A stretch of DNA of 64,000 nucleotides from the NCBI RefSeq assembly GCF_031769215.1, contig NW_026782200.1:124001-188000 (forward strand), in the 5' to 3' direction. Position 1 is the stretch's first letter; every line of letters begins with the position of its first letter. Shown piece by piece: positions 48,668-59,575 of this stretch. This stretch comes from Ylistrum balloti. Taxonomy: Eukaryota. Below the pieces are notes generated by a model. It saw only the letters and a list, made by a program, of their open reading frames with translations. It searched no databases and was not told where the DNA came from. Position numbers and translations under genes: made by a program.

Positions 48668-51600
48668 TCACAGTCTACTTAAGCAATCCGCTCCCACGTT
48701 CTCCCTTCCTCGAATCGCCCTGATGGTGAATCTGTAGGGTTGTAATAACAGAGCCCATCTCATTAGACGAGAATTGGTACCCTTCAACTTGTTTAGGTAT
48801 AACAGCGGTTGATGGTCCGTCTCAAGAACAAATTGACGTCCATAGAGATAACGCTGGAATTTGAGCACTCCCCATACAACGGCCAAGCACTCCTTTTCAA
48901 CTACAGCGTAGGCAGTCTCAGCACCCTTGAGTTTCCTACTAGCGTAAGCGATGGGAAGACGATCTCCAGCCTCTTCCTGAAGAAGTACTGCACCAAGGCC
49001 ATAATCAGAGGCATCCGTCTGTAGGATAAATTCGTCCCCTAAACTTGGCAACTTCAGGATAGGACTTGAAGACAGAAGTTTCTTCAACGTTTCAAACGCT
49101 ATTTCTTGTGCTTCGCCCCAGACGATCTTGTGCGGTTGGCCCTTTCTCGTGAGGTCCGTCAAAGGTACAGATATGGCTGCGAAATCAGGGATAAACTTCC
49201 TATAATATCCAGCCATACCCATGAATGAACGTACCTGCTTCTTTGACTCAGGTCTTGGAACGCTCAAGATAGCCTTCACCTTATCTGGATGGGGTAGTAA
49301 CCGCTGATCTCCGATGATGTGTCCAAGACACTCTAAACTTCCATATACAAGTGCACATTTCGTAGGTCTGGCTGTGAGTCCAGCCTTCCGTAGACGAGTA
49401 AATAAATCTCTAAGAATTCGCATATGATCCTCCCAGCTCTTGGAGTAGACAAGAATATCGTCTATGAAGCTTTCAACACCTGACATACCTTTAAGTAGTT
49501 TCCTCATGATGCGGCAAAACGTCGCCGGTGCATTCACAAGGCCAAATGGCATCACTGAAAACTGAAAAAGTCCAAATGGTGTGGTAAATGCTGTCTTTTC
49601 CCGCGCATACTCTGACATTGGCACCTGCCAGTACCCTTTACTCAAATCTAGACGTGAAAAGTATCTGTGTCCAGAGAGTCTTGCAAAAATGTCGTCTGCA
49701 TTGGGCATTGGTTTGGCGTCAAATATTGTAACGCGGTTCAGTTGGCGGAAATCGATGCAAAACCGGTTTGTCCCGTCTTTCTTCCGTACAATCACAACCG
49801 GTGCTGCATATGGCGACTCCGACGGCTCAATGACACCCATATGTAACATCTTATCCAGCTCCTCCTTAATGGTGTTCTTCATACTGAATGGAACACTAGG
49901 GCTTCGGCCTCTAACAGGCTCGCTGGTTGTTGTTCGAATGTCATGTTTTCCAAGGTTAGTCCTTCCAGGCACATCCGTGAGTACGTCATCGAATTCCTCT
50001 AAGAGCGTCTTTACCTCCGTTGCTTGATCTGGTGTCAAAACCTCCGATATTGCGACGTCATCTATTGCTTCAGTCCTGGTCGGTGGAGGAATGGTAACAA
50101 TGTTCCCCGGAGAAAAATCTTTGCCGTCATTCTCATCCTCGTCTGTTACCATGGCAACACAAACGACTGAAAATATTCCTACATCCAGTCCAACAACTAC
50201 ATTGCTCTCCCGCTCAACGTACAACTTCAAGAGGTTAGCATGCAACGTCTTCTTCCCTTCAATGTTTACCCTGTAGTCCATAGACCCTCTTTTCTCTTCA
50301 ATTACGTATGGTCCTCTCCATTGCATTAAGAGCTTATTCCTCTTGGTCGGTAGAAGAACCAATACCTTCTGTCCAGGTTTCATATCACGAGCTCTTGCCT
50401 TCTTGTTGTAATACCTTGCTTGACGTCTCTTGGCTGATCTGAGTTGCTCTTGTGCAAGCTGACATGTTTCTTCTAACTTATCCTTCAGGTCCACTAAGTA
50501 CTGATAGGTGGTCTTTGTGTCTGGGTCAGGAACCTCCTTCGTCCAAAGCTCTCTGAGAATCATCATTGGTCCCCTTACTGTCCTGCCATACAACAACTCA
50601 AACGGCGAATATCCGAGGCTTTCCTGGGGTACCTCGCGGTAGGCGAATAACAGCGCACTCAGGTACTTATCCCAGTCTCGCGGACGCTCAGCACACATCT
50701 TCTTCAACATTCCCTTCAACGTTCCATTGAATCGTTCCACTAAGCCATTGCACATAGGGTGGTATGGAGAAGTGGACAACTGGCGAATGGACAACAATCT
50801 GCTAACTTCTTGCATCAGCTCCGAGGTAAACTGAGTTCCACAATCAGTGAGTACCTCACGGGGTATTCCAACTCGACTGTAAACATCTACCAGGGCCTCA
50901 GCTACACGTTCGGTCTCTATGCCTCTTAAAGCGACTGCCTCTGGGTAACGGGTAGCATAATCCACTATTGTGAGGATGTAACGATTACCACGATCGGTGA
51001 CTGGCTGCAATGGACCTACCAAATCGATCGCAACACGCTGGAATGGGGTATCGATTAAAGGCATCTGTCCCAAAGGTAGCTTGCTTACCCTTCCTTTAGG
51101 AATTGTCCTCTGGCATATATCGCATGACCTACAAAATCTGGTGACATCTGATGCCATACCCGGCCAAAAGAACTCTGTTCGAATCCTCTCCATTGTCCTC
51201 TTTGCCCCAAGATGTCCAGCCATCATTGTGTCGTGAGCAAGTTTCAACACAGTTGAACGCAACTCTTCGGGTATCACCAGCTGCTTGAACACTCGTCCAT
51301 TTCCAACTCCTGGACTCTGAAACTCTCTATAAAGCAGTCCTCGACTCACATAAAATCGCGATGTTCCACCATCTGATCTGTCCTTTACACCACCTTCCCT
51401 TGCCAAACTCCAGTACTTCGTCAGTGATCCATCAGTTTTCTGTGTCTCCCTGATCTCTTCAGGCGTTCCCATAACTTGCATGACCTTCGGCACCTTTAGA
51501 GGATGATATTGCTGATTGTCCTTCTTTACTTGGGCCCTTGTCTGAACTGCTTGTACCACATCCGCTGGCTTCCAGTCTAAGTCTGGGTCGTTGGCGTGTC

Positions 51601-52180
51601 TAACTCCCGGAATATTTCCCAATATCAAATCGTACACGGGATTATCCATGCACCAAGCACATACACTTCCTGTAAAATAAGGAGAATCCACAGATAATCT
51701 AGCAATAGGTACAGTAAGCTTATCACCATTAGCCAATAGACAGGACTGCGTCTCACCGGTCACCTCTTCTTCGGATACAAGACTCCTCCGGATAACACCT
51801 CCTGAACAGCCAGTGTCTCTAAGCACCATCACAGGTCGATTACCAACGCGTCCCTTCACCACAGGCATATCACCGCTCATCGGTCGTTCACATGAAGTCG
51901 TCAGTATATTGGTCTCTGTCGTATCCATTTCCTTCTTAACTTTCTCGTCATCACAGTTCTTCACACGAAAAGTACCAGCCTTATTAACCTTGGAGGAAAC
52001 ACATTGGACCTGGCCCTTCTTTGACTTCCTTGGACAGTTATAGGATAAATGGTCGGCCTTGTTACATATGAAGCAATGCTTACTTGACCCTGAGCCCGTC
52101 TGCTTATTCTTATAACCTGATTCCGAACTTGGCTGCTTCAATGTAGAGACATCCCCACTCTTTCCATTAGCTCCGACCAT
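48668..52180 (-). CDS. pol: Gypsy copy 1 pol, open 1170-aa frame: zinc knuckle, aspartic protease, integrase, RT, RNase H
   Basis: CFICNKADHLSYNC; LRDTGCS; HDTMMAGHLG...CRSCDICQ; IDLVG / LTDCG / VERFN (DDE); RFCIDFRQLN, LDLSKGYWQ, MPFGLVNAPATF, FIDDILV; LQTDASDYGLGAVL, EKECLAVVW, ETDHQPL, ADCLSR. Confidence 0.95.
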   Translation of the reverse strand: MVGANGKSGDVSTLKQPSSESGYKNKQTGSGSSKHCFICNKADHLSYNCPRKSKKGQVQCVSSKVNKAGTFRVKNCDDEKVKKEMDTTETNILTTSCERPMSGDMPVVKGRVGNRPVMVLRDTGCSGGVIRRSLVSEEEVTGETQSCLLANGDKLTVPIARLSVDSPYFTGSVCAWCMDNPVYDLILGNIPGVRHANDPDLDWKPADVVQAVQTRAQVKKDNQQYHPLKVPKVMQVMGTPEEIRETQKTDGSLTKYWSLAREGGVKDRSDGGTSRFYVSRGLLYREFQSPGVGNGRVFKQLVIPEELRSTVLKLAHDTMMAGHLGAKRTMERIRTEFFWPGMASDVTRFCRSCDICQRTIPKGRVSKLPLGQMPLIDTPFQRVAIDLVGPLQPVTDRGNRYILTIVDYATRYPEAVALRGIETERVAEALVDVYSRVGIPREVLTDCGTQFTSELMQEVSRLLSIRQLSTSPYHPMCNGLVERFNGTLKGMLKKMCAERPRDWDKYLSALLFAYREVPQESLGYSPFELLYGRTVRGPMMILRELWTKEVPDPDTKTTYQYLVDLKDKLEETCQLAQEQLRSAKRRQARYYNKKARARDMKPGQKVLVLLPTKRNKLLMQWRGPYVIEEKRGSMDYRVNIEGKKTLHANLLKLYVERESNVVVGLDVGIFSVVCVAMVTDEDENDGKDFSPGNIVTIPPPTRTEAIDDVAISEVLTPDQATEVKTLLEEFDDVLTDVPGRTNLGKHDIRTTTSEPVRGRSPSVPFSMKNTIKEELDKMLHMGVIEPSESPYAAPVVIVRKKDGTNRFCIDFRQLNRVTIFDAKPMPNADDIFARLSGHRYFSRLDLSKGYWQVPMSEYAREKTAFTTPFGLFQFSVMPFGLVNAPATFCRIMRKLLKGMSGVESFIDDILVYSKSWEDHMRILRDLFTRLRKAGLTARPTKCALVYGSLECLGHIIGDQRLLPHPDKVKAILSVPRPESKKQVRSFMGMAGYYRKFIPDFAAISVPLTDLTRKGQPHKIVWGEAQEIAFETLKKLLSSSPILKLPSLGDEFILQTDASDYGLGAVLLQEEAGDRLPIAYASRKLKGAETAYAVVEKECLAVVWGVLKFQRYLYGRQFVLETDHQPLLYLNKLKGTNSRLMRWALLLQPYRFTIRAIRGRENVGADCLSRL

Positions 52181-53041
52181 CTGGGCGAAACTTCAGTAGA
52201 TTCGCAGTGTGTCCCCTGGCATCTGCAAACTGGTCCGCAAGTTTAGCCATCTCGCCAACTGTTGCTGGTATGCGCTCCTTCAGGAACAATGTCAACTCGT
52301 TCCCACAGGCTTGGATGAACTGGTCCCGAATGATCAAATCCTTTAAGCCTTCAAATGTCTTTGGTGTCTTTGCCATTTCCAGCCATCTCATGAAATAGCT
52401 GTCGAGCCTTACAGCAAACTGCGTAAAAGTTTCTCCCGCTTCCGGTCGTCCAGTCTTGAATTTCTTCCTAAAGCCTTGCGCAGTTGTCTCAAATCTCTTC
52501 AACAATGAGTCCTTCAGTACATTATAATCTAGGCTCTGCTCCACGGGAAGTCTGCTGAACACATCTAAAGCTCTGCCTTTCAGAAGTACGCTTAAGTTAG
52601 AAGCCCACTGTTTCTCCATATCCCATCCTTGAGTAGTCGCAAACCTCTCGAATCTCTGTAGATACGAGTCAATATTATCTTTGCCCTCCTCAAACGCTGG
52701 AAGTTTAGGTCCCCTCAAGTCACTTCCGGTCACATTTGGCTTCACGTCCTGCTTACCTGTCAGTTGTAAGACTTCTACCTGTCGTTGATGTTCCCTCATA
52801 GCCATCTCTTCTTTCTCCTTTATAAGTGCTAACTGTATTTCCATTTCCTTCTCAGCTGCTCTGGACTTCTCCTGAATCATCTGTAAATCATGCTGCCTCT
52901 CGGCCTCTATCTTCCTTGCTTCTCTTTCCCGTTCCCGCTCATCTCTTTCCTTGGCTTGCTCTGATGAATAAACTGTTGTAGTTCCTTTCCTTCTAAACCA
53001 ATATCTATTCCAATTTCCTTCAACTCCTTCAACGACGTCAT
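52167..53041 (-). pseudogene. gag: Gypsy copy 1 gag (SCAN-like capsid), with a 1-bp frameshift near 52965
   Basis: The true start MTSLKELKEIG (ATG at 53041) is out of frame with EQAKERDER because CTCTGATGAA replaces the CTCTGACAGAA of copy 2. The rest reads KLPAFEEGKDNIDSYLQRFERFA...ETFTQFAVRLDSYFMRWL. Confidence 0.85.
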
Positions 53042-53461
53042 GGTATACACACAACGATACAAGTACTATGCACAAAACAATTGGAATAAAAACAGAACAG
53101 ATCTAGGAATCTTTTACACTAGTGAACTATCGCCAATAGTCCTGAAATACGCATGTAACAACAATGTAACATGTACACAAAGCACAAACACCATAAATGT
53201 TGCAAGAGATATTCGTACCTGAAACGTAAATTCAGTCCCTGAAATGCTCTGCTTGAAAACAAAGAAAATCCACTTACCTTTATTATAGGCTCTCTTCCTT
53301 ACTTGAATGACGACAGTGGCTTTCCAGGGTGTACTATACTGATCATTAAACCAACACACTCATATTTGCTCCACCACAACACACAAGACACTTATACAGA
53401 AATATTTCAGACTGCAAAGTGTAATAATTTCAATACAAAATGTCAAACATGTGCGCAATCC

Positions 53462-53479
53462 ATCCCACCGCTGCCACCA
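53462..53479 (-). promoter_or_regulatory. Primer-binding site complementary to the tRNA-Leu 3' end; repeated at 59553-59570
   Basis: TGGTGGCAGCGGTGGGAT, the complement of the Leu(AAG/TAG)-type 3' end ATCCCACCGCTGCCACCA, separated from the LTR by 5 nt. Confidence 0.85.
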
Positions 53480-53484
53480 AAAAT

Positions 53485-54732
53485 TGTAACCTAACCGAGA
53501 CGATGGATTGCAACACAAGAGAGAACAACAGTTTACACTATTTACATTTAATACAATTTACAAAACTACTCTCCAAAATGTACATTTGGCATACCTAACA
53601 TGATGAAATCTCTCACTCCACAGATTCATACTGCCATAATGATATTTCACACCAGTCTACACACTATTATGAAGATGCTACACACAAATAACTACTACCT
53701 AAACCTATAAACTATAAACCCTAACCTACTCCTGGTATTCACATCCTATATACACCATATACACCCTACAGTTCATATATGAGCACAATCCGGCGACTGG
53801 TTCCCCTGCATAGCCCACACAACAAAGTTTGTAGATCCTGACGTAGATATGCCTCCTCCGTCATTCCATAGAGTGACTGTAAGTGTCCATATCTCCTGAC
53901 TGTAGCACAGGACCGTATATGGCACAGTTCCACCAAATGAAAACACAATCTCGTAGTACGAGGTATATGAAGTCATCAGACAAATGGAGACAATCTCACC
54001 AAAAGATCACTGAAGATCACTAAAGAATTGACCATAATATCGCCACAACACGCAGCTGGACCTCCATAGCATCCATGCACTAATAGCGTTCAATATGACC
54101 GCAAAGACATGTCAACACAACACTCCTGCATCGCTCAACCGAATGCAGTACAACAACTACAGGAATAATCAACAACAAGACAACGAAGTGTCCATTCTGG
54201 CCATATGGCTGTTACGGGCTTCCATACATGAAATTTCGCCGTCAGCTCATGATATGGTTCGGGCATGACATGGAGCTACAATATACAAATAATACCCTAT
54301 AAGGCTATATTCTACACATTATAACTAATAAAGAAATGAATATATTTATTTCTATCTTAAGTAAACACGGCAATACACATCACCGCTCTCGATAACGCGT
54401 TCGCTCACCCTTTACCTGTATACTGATATAACTCGCTACGCACGGGCTAATACACCTATACGTTCACGGACGCTATCATACACGACTTATATCTTAATAA
54501 ACATGATATAACTTACCGTGGCTGTATTTCACGCTCCCAAAGCTTTCCCGATGTTTCACACCTGTCAACACATCAAGATGTCCGCCCGAATACCTTACCC
54601 GTCGTCCTTTGCCCATGCGCGATAACTTTTAAAAGTTTCGCACGAGATTAAGGCGCAAAATTCAAACAATAAAATATAAATTCAACATACTTACAACCAG
54701 CCTGTATATAAGCTCATAATTCGTATGTGACA
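53485..54732 (-). repeat. Gypsy LTR B (shared middle LTR), 1248 bp
   Basis: Same termini as LTR A; carries private 6-, 13- and 3-bp deletions. Confidence 0.95.
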
Positions 54733-54866
54733 CACGCCCCGGTCTCGAGAAATAAAATTGGGGAACAATTTTCATTTCCTTTTACATCACATACGCTGAT
54801 CCTTAGAATTCAGTTCAAAATGTCTCTAATTGATACCACTTAAGCAGAATCACATATGTTCACAAG

Positions 54867-57800
54867 TCACAGTCTACTTAAGCAATCCGCTCCCACGTTC
54901 TCCCTTCCTCGAATCGCCCTGATGGTGAATCTGTAGGGTTGTAATAACAGAGCCCATCTCATTAGACGAGAATTGGTACCCTTCAACTTGTTTAGGTATA
55001 ACAGCGGTTGATGGTCCGTCTCAAGAACAAATTGACGTCCATAGAGATAACGCTGGAATTTGAGCACTCCCCATACAACGGCCAAGCACTCCTTTTCAAC
55101 TACAGCGTAGGCAGTCTCAGCACCCTTGAGTTTCCTACTAGCGTAAGCGATGGGAAGACGATCTCCAGCCTCTTCCTGAAGAAGTACTGCACCAAGGCCA
55201 TAATCAGAGGCATCCGTCTGTAGGATAAATTCGTCCCCTAAACTTGGCAACTTCAGGATAGGACTTGAAGACAGAAGTTTCTTCAACGTTTCAAACGCTA
55301 TTTCTTGTGCTTCGCCCCAGACGATCTTGTGCGGTTGGCCCTTTCTCGTGAGGTCCGTCAAAGGTACAGATATGGCTGCGAAATCAGGGATAAACTTCCT
55401 ATAATATCCAGCCATACCCATGAATGAACGTACCTTCTTCTTTGACTCAGGTCTTGGAACGCTCAAGATAGCCTTCACCTTATCTGGATGGGGTAGTAAC
55501 CGCTGATCTCCGATGATGTGTCCAAGACACTCTAAACTTCCATATACAAGTGCACATTTCGTAGGTCTGGCTGTGAGTCCAGCCTTCCGTAGACGAGTAA
55601 ATAAATCTCTAAGAATTCGCATATGATCCTCCCAGCTCTTGGAGTAGACAAGAATATCGTCTATGAAGCTTTCAACACCTGACATACCTTTAAGTAGTTT
55701 CCTCATGATGCGGCAAAACGTCGCCGGTGCATTCACAAGGCCAAATGGCATCACTGAAAACTGAAAAAGTCCAAATGGTGTGGTAAATGCTGTCTTTTCC
55801 CGCGTATACTCTGACATCGGCACCTGCCAGTACCCTTTACTCAAATCTAGACGTGAAAAGTATCTGTGTCCAGAGAGTCTTGCAAAAATGTCGTCTGCAT
55901 TGGGCATTGGTTTGGCGTCAAATATTGTAACGCGGTTCAGTTGGCGGAAATCGATGCAAAACCGGTTTGTCCCGTCTTTCTTCCGTACAATCACAACCGG
56001 TGCTGCATATGGCGACTTCGACGGCTCAATGACACCCATATGTAACATCTTATCCAGCTCCTCCTTAATGGTGTTCTTCATACTGAATGGAACACTAGGG
56101 CTTCGGCCTCTAACAGGCTCGCTGGTTGTTGTTCGAATGTCATGTTTTCCAAGGTTAGTCCTTCCAGGCACATCCGTGAGTACGTCATCGAATTCCTCTA
56201 AGAGCGTCTTTACCTCCGTTGCTTGATCTGGTGTCAAAACCTCCGATATTGCGACGTCATCTATTGCTTCAGTCCTGGTCGGTGGAGGAATGGTAACAAT
56301 GTTCCCCGAAGAAAAATCTTTGCCGTCATTCTCATCCTCGTCTGTTACCATGGCAACACAAACGACTGACAATATTCCTACATCCAGTCCAACAACTACA
56401 TTGCTCTCCCGCTCAACGTACAACTTCAAGAGGTTAGCATGCAACGTCTTCTTCTTCCCTTCAATGTTTACCCTGTAGTCCATAGACCCTCTTTTCTCTT
56501 CAATTACGTATGGTCCTCTCCATTGCATTAAGAGCTTGTTCCTCTTGGTCGGTAGAAGAACCAATACCTTCTGTCCAGGTTTCATATCACGAGCTCTTGC
56601 CTTCTTGTTGTAATACCTTGCTTGACGTCTCTTGGCTGATCTGAGTTGCTCTTGTGCAAGCTGACATGTTTCTTCTAACTTATCCTTCAGGTCCACTAAG
56701 TACTGATAGGTGGTCTTTGTGTCTGGGTCAGGAACCTCCTTCGTCCAAAGCTCTCTGAGAATCATCATTGGTCCCCTTACTGTCCTGCCATACAACAACT
56801 CAAACGGCGAATATCCGAGGCTTTCCTGGGGTACCTCGCGGTAGGCGAATAACACGCACTCAGGTACTTATCCCAGTCTCGCGGACGCTCAGCACACATC
56901 TTCTTCAACATTCCCTTCAACGTTCCATTGAATCGTTCCACTAAGCCATTGCACATAGGGTGGTATGGAGAAGTGGACAACATCTACCAGGGCCTCAGCT
57001 ACACGTTCGGTCTCTATGCCTCTTAAAGCGACTGCCTCTGGGTAACGGGTAGCATAATCCACTATTGTGAGGATGTAACGATTACCACGATCGGTGACTG
57101 GCTGCAATGGACCTACCAAATCGATCGCAACACGCTGGAATGGGGTATCGATTAAAGGCATCTGTCCCAAAGGTAGCTTGCTTACCCTTCCTTTAGGAAT
57201 TGTCCTCTGGCATATATCGCATGACCTACAAAATCTGGTGACATCTGATGCCATACCCGGCCAAAAGAACTCTGTTCGAATCCTCTCCATTGTCCTCTTT
57301 GCCCCAAGATGTCCAGCCATCATTGAGTCGTGAGCAAGTTTCAACACAGTTGAACGCAACTCTTCGGGTATCACCAGCTGCTTGAACACTCGTCCATTTC
57401 CAACTCCTGGACTCTGAAACTCTCTATAAAGCAGTCCTCGACTCACATAAAATCGCGATGTTCCACCATCTGATCTGTCCTTTACACCACCTTCCCTTGC
57501 CAAACTCCAGTACTTCGTCAGTGATCCATCAGTTTTCTGTGTCTCCCTGATCTCTTCAGGCGTTCCCATAACTTGCATGACCTTCGGCACCTTTAGAGGA
57601 TGATATTGCTGATTGTCCTTCTTTACTTGGGCCCTTGTCTGAACTGCTTGTACCACATCCGCTGGCTTCCAGTCTAAGTCTGGGTCGTTGGCGTGTCTAA
57701 CTCCCGGAATATTTCCCAATATCAAATCGTACACGAAATTATCCATGCACCAAGCACATACACTTCCTGTAAAATAAGGAGAATCCACAGATAATCTAGC

Positions 57801-58277
57801 AATAGGTACAGTAATCTTATCACCATTAGCCAATACACAGGACTGCGTCTCACCGGTCATCTCTTCTTCGGATACAAGACTCCTCCGGATAACAGCTCCT
57901 GAACAGCCAGTGTCTCTAAGCACCATCACAGGTCGATTACCAACGCGTCCCTTCACCACAGGCATATCACCTCTCATCGGTCGTTCACATGAAGTCGTCA
58001 GTATATTGGTCTCTGTCGTATCCATTTCCTTCTTAACTTTCTCGTCATCACAGTTCTTCACACGAAAAGTACCAGCCTTATTAACCTTGGAGGAAACACA
58101 TTGGACCTGGCCCTTCTTTGACTTCCTTGGACAGTTATAGGATAAATGGTCGGCCTTGTTACATATGAAGCAATGCTTACCTGACCCTGAGCCCGTCTGC
58201 TTATTCTTATAACCTGATTCCGAACTTGGCTGCTTCAATGTAGAGACATCCCCACTCTTTCCATTAGCTCCGACCAT
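54867..58277 (-). pseudogene. pol: Gypsy copy 2 pol, disrupted in integrase
   Basis: 104-bp deletion at 56981/56982 removes YSRVGIP...LTDCG...QL (second catalytic Asp); 1-bp deletion near 56855; the RT-RNase H part (54867-56855) is still open. Confidence 0.92.
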
Positions 58278-59128
58278 CTGGGCGAAACTTCAGTAGATTC
58301 GCAGTGTGTCCCCTGGCATCTGCAAACTGGTCCGCAAGTTTAGCCATCTCGCCAACTGTTGCTGGTATGCGCTCCTTCAAGAACAATGTCAACTCGTTCC
58401 CACAGGCTTGGATGAACTGGTCCCGAATGATCAAATCCTTTAAGCCTTCAAATGTCTTTGGTGTCTTTGCCATTTCCAGCCATCTCATGAAATAGCTGTC
58501 GAGCCTTACAGCAAACTGCGTAAAAGTTTCTCCCGCTTCCGGTCGTCCAGTCTTGAATTTCTTGCTCAGTTGTCTCAAATCTCTTCAACAATGAGTCCTT
58601 CAGTACATTATAATCTAGGCTCTGCTCCACGGGAAGTCTGCTGAACACATCTAAAGCTCTGCCTTTCAGAAGTACGCTTAAGTTAGAAGCCCACTGTTTC
58701 TCCATATCCCATCCTTGAGTAGTCGCAAACCTCTCGAATCTCTGTAGATACGAGTCAATATTATCTTTGCCCTCCTCAAACGCTGGAAGTTTAGGTCCCC
58801 TCAAGTCACTTCCGGTCACATTTGGCTTCACGTCCTGCTTACCTGTCAGTTGTAAGACTTCTACCTGTCGTTGATGCTCCCTCATAGCCATCTCTTCTTT
58901 CTTCTTTATAAGTGCTAACTGTATTTCCATTTCCTTCTCAGCTGCTCTGGACTTCTCCTGAATCATCTGTAAATCATGCTGCCTCTCGGCCTCTATCTTC
59001 CTTGCTTCTCTTTCCCGTTCCCGCTCATCTCTTTCCTTGGCTTGCTCTGACAGAATAAACTGTTGTAGTTCCTTTCCTTCTAAACCAATATCTATTCCAA
59101 TTTCCTTCAACTCCTTCAACGACGTCAT
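58264..59128 (-). pseudogene. gag: Gypsy copy 2 gag with an 11-bp frameshifting deletion
   Basis: Intact N-terminus MTSLKELKEIGIDIGLEGKELQQFILSEQAK; CCTAAAGCCTT of copy 1 is missing at 58563/58564. Confidence 0.9.
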
Positions 59129-59575
59129 GGTATACACAAAACAATACAAGTACTATGCACAAAACAATTGGAATAAAAACAGTCAGAACAGATCTAGTAA
59201 TCTTTTACACTAGTGAACTATCGCCAATAGTCCTGAAATACGCATGTAACAACAATGTAACATGTACACAAAGCACAAACACCATAAATGTTGCAAGAGA
59301 TATTCGTACCTGAAACGTAAATTCAGTCCCTGAAATGCTCTGCTTGAAAACAAAGAAAATCCACTTACCTTTATTATAGGCTCTCTTCCTTACTTGAATG
59401 ACGACAGTGGCTTTCCAGGGTGTACTATACTGATCATTAAAGCAACACACTCATATTTGCTCCACCACAACACACAAGACACTTATACAGAAATATTTCA
59501 GACTGCAAAGTGTAATAATTTCAATACAAAATGTCAAACATGTGCGCAATCCATCCCACCGCTGCCACCAAAAAT

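Noticed and set aside
48809-58495. Plus-strand ORFs of 60-148 aa repeated in both Gypsy copies, and 60-67 aa ORFs in each LTR
   Set aside because: They are antisense shadows of pol/gag or chance LTR frames, conserved only because the DNA is duplicated; no recognisable motifs.
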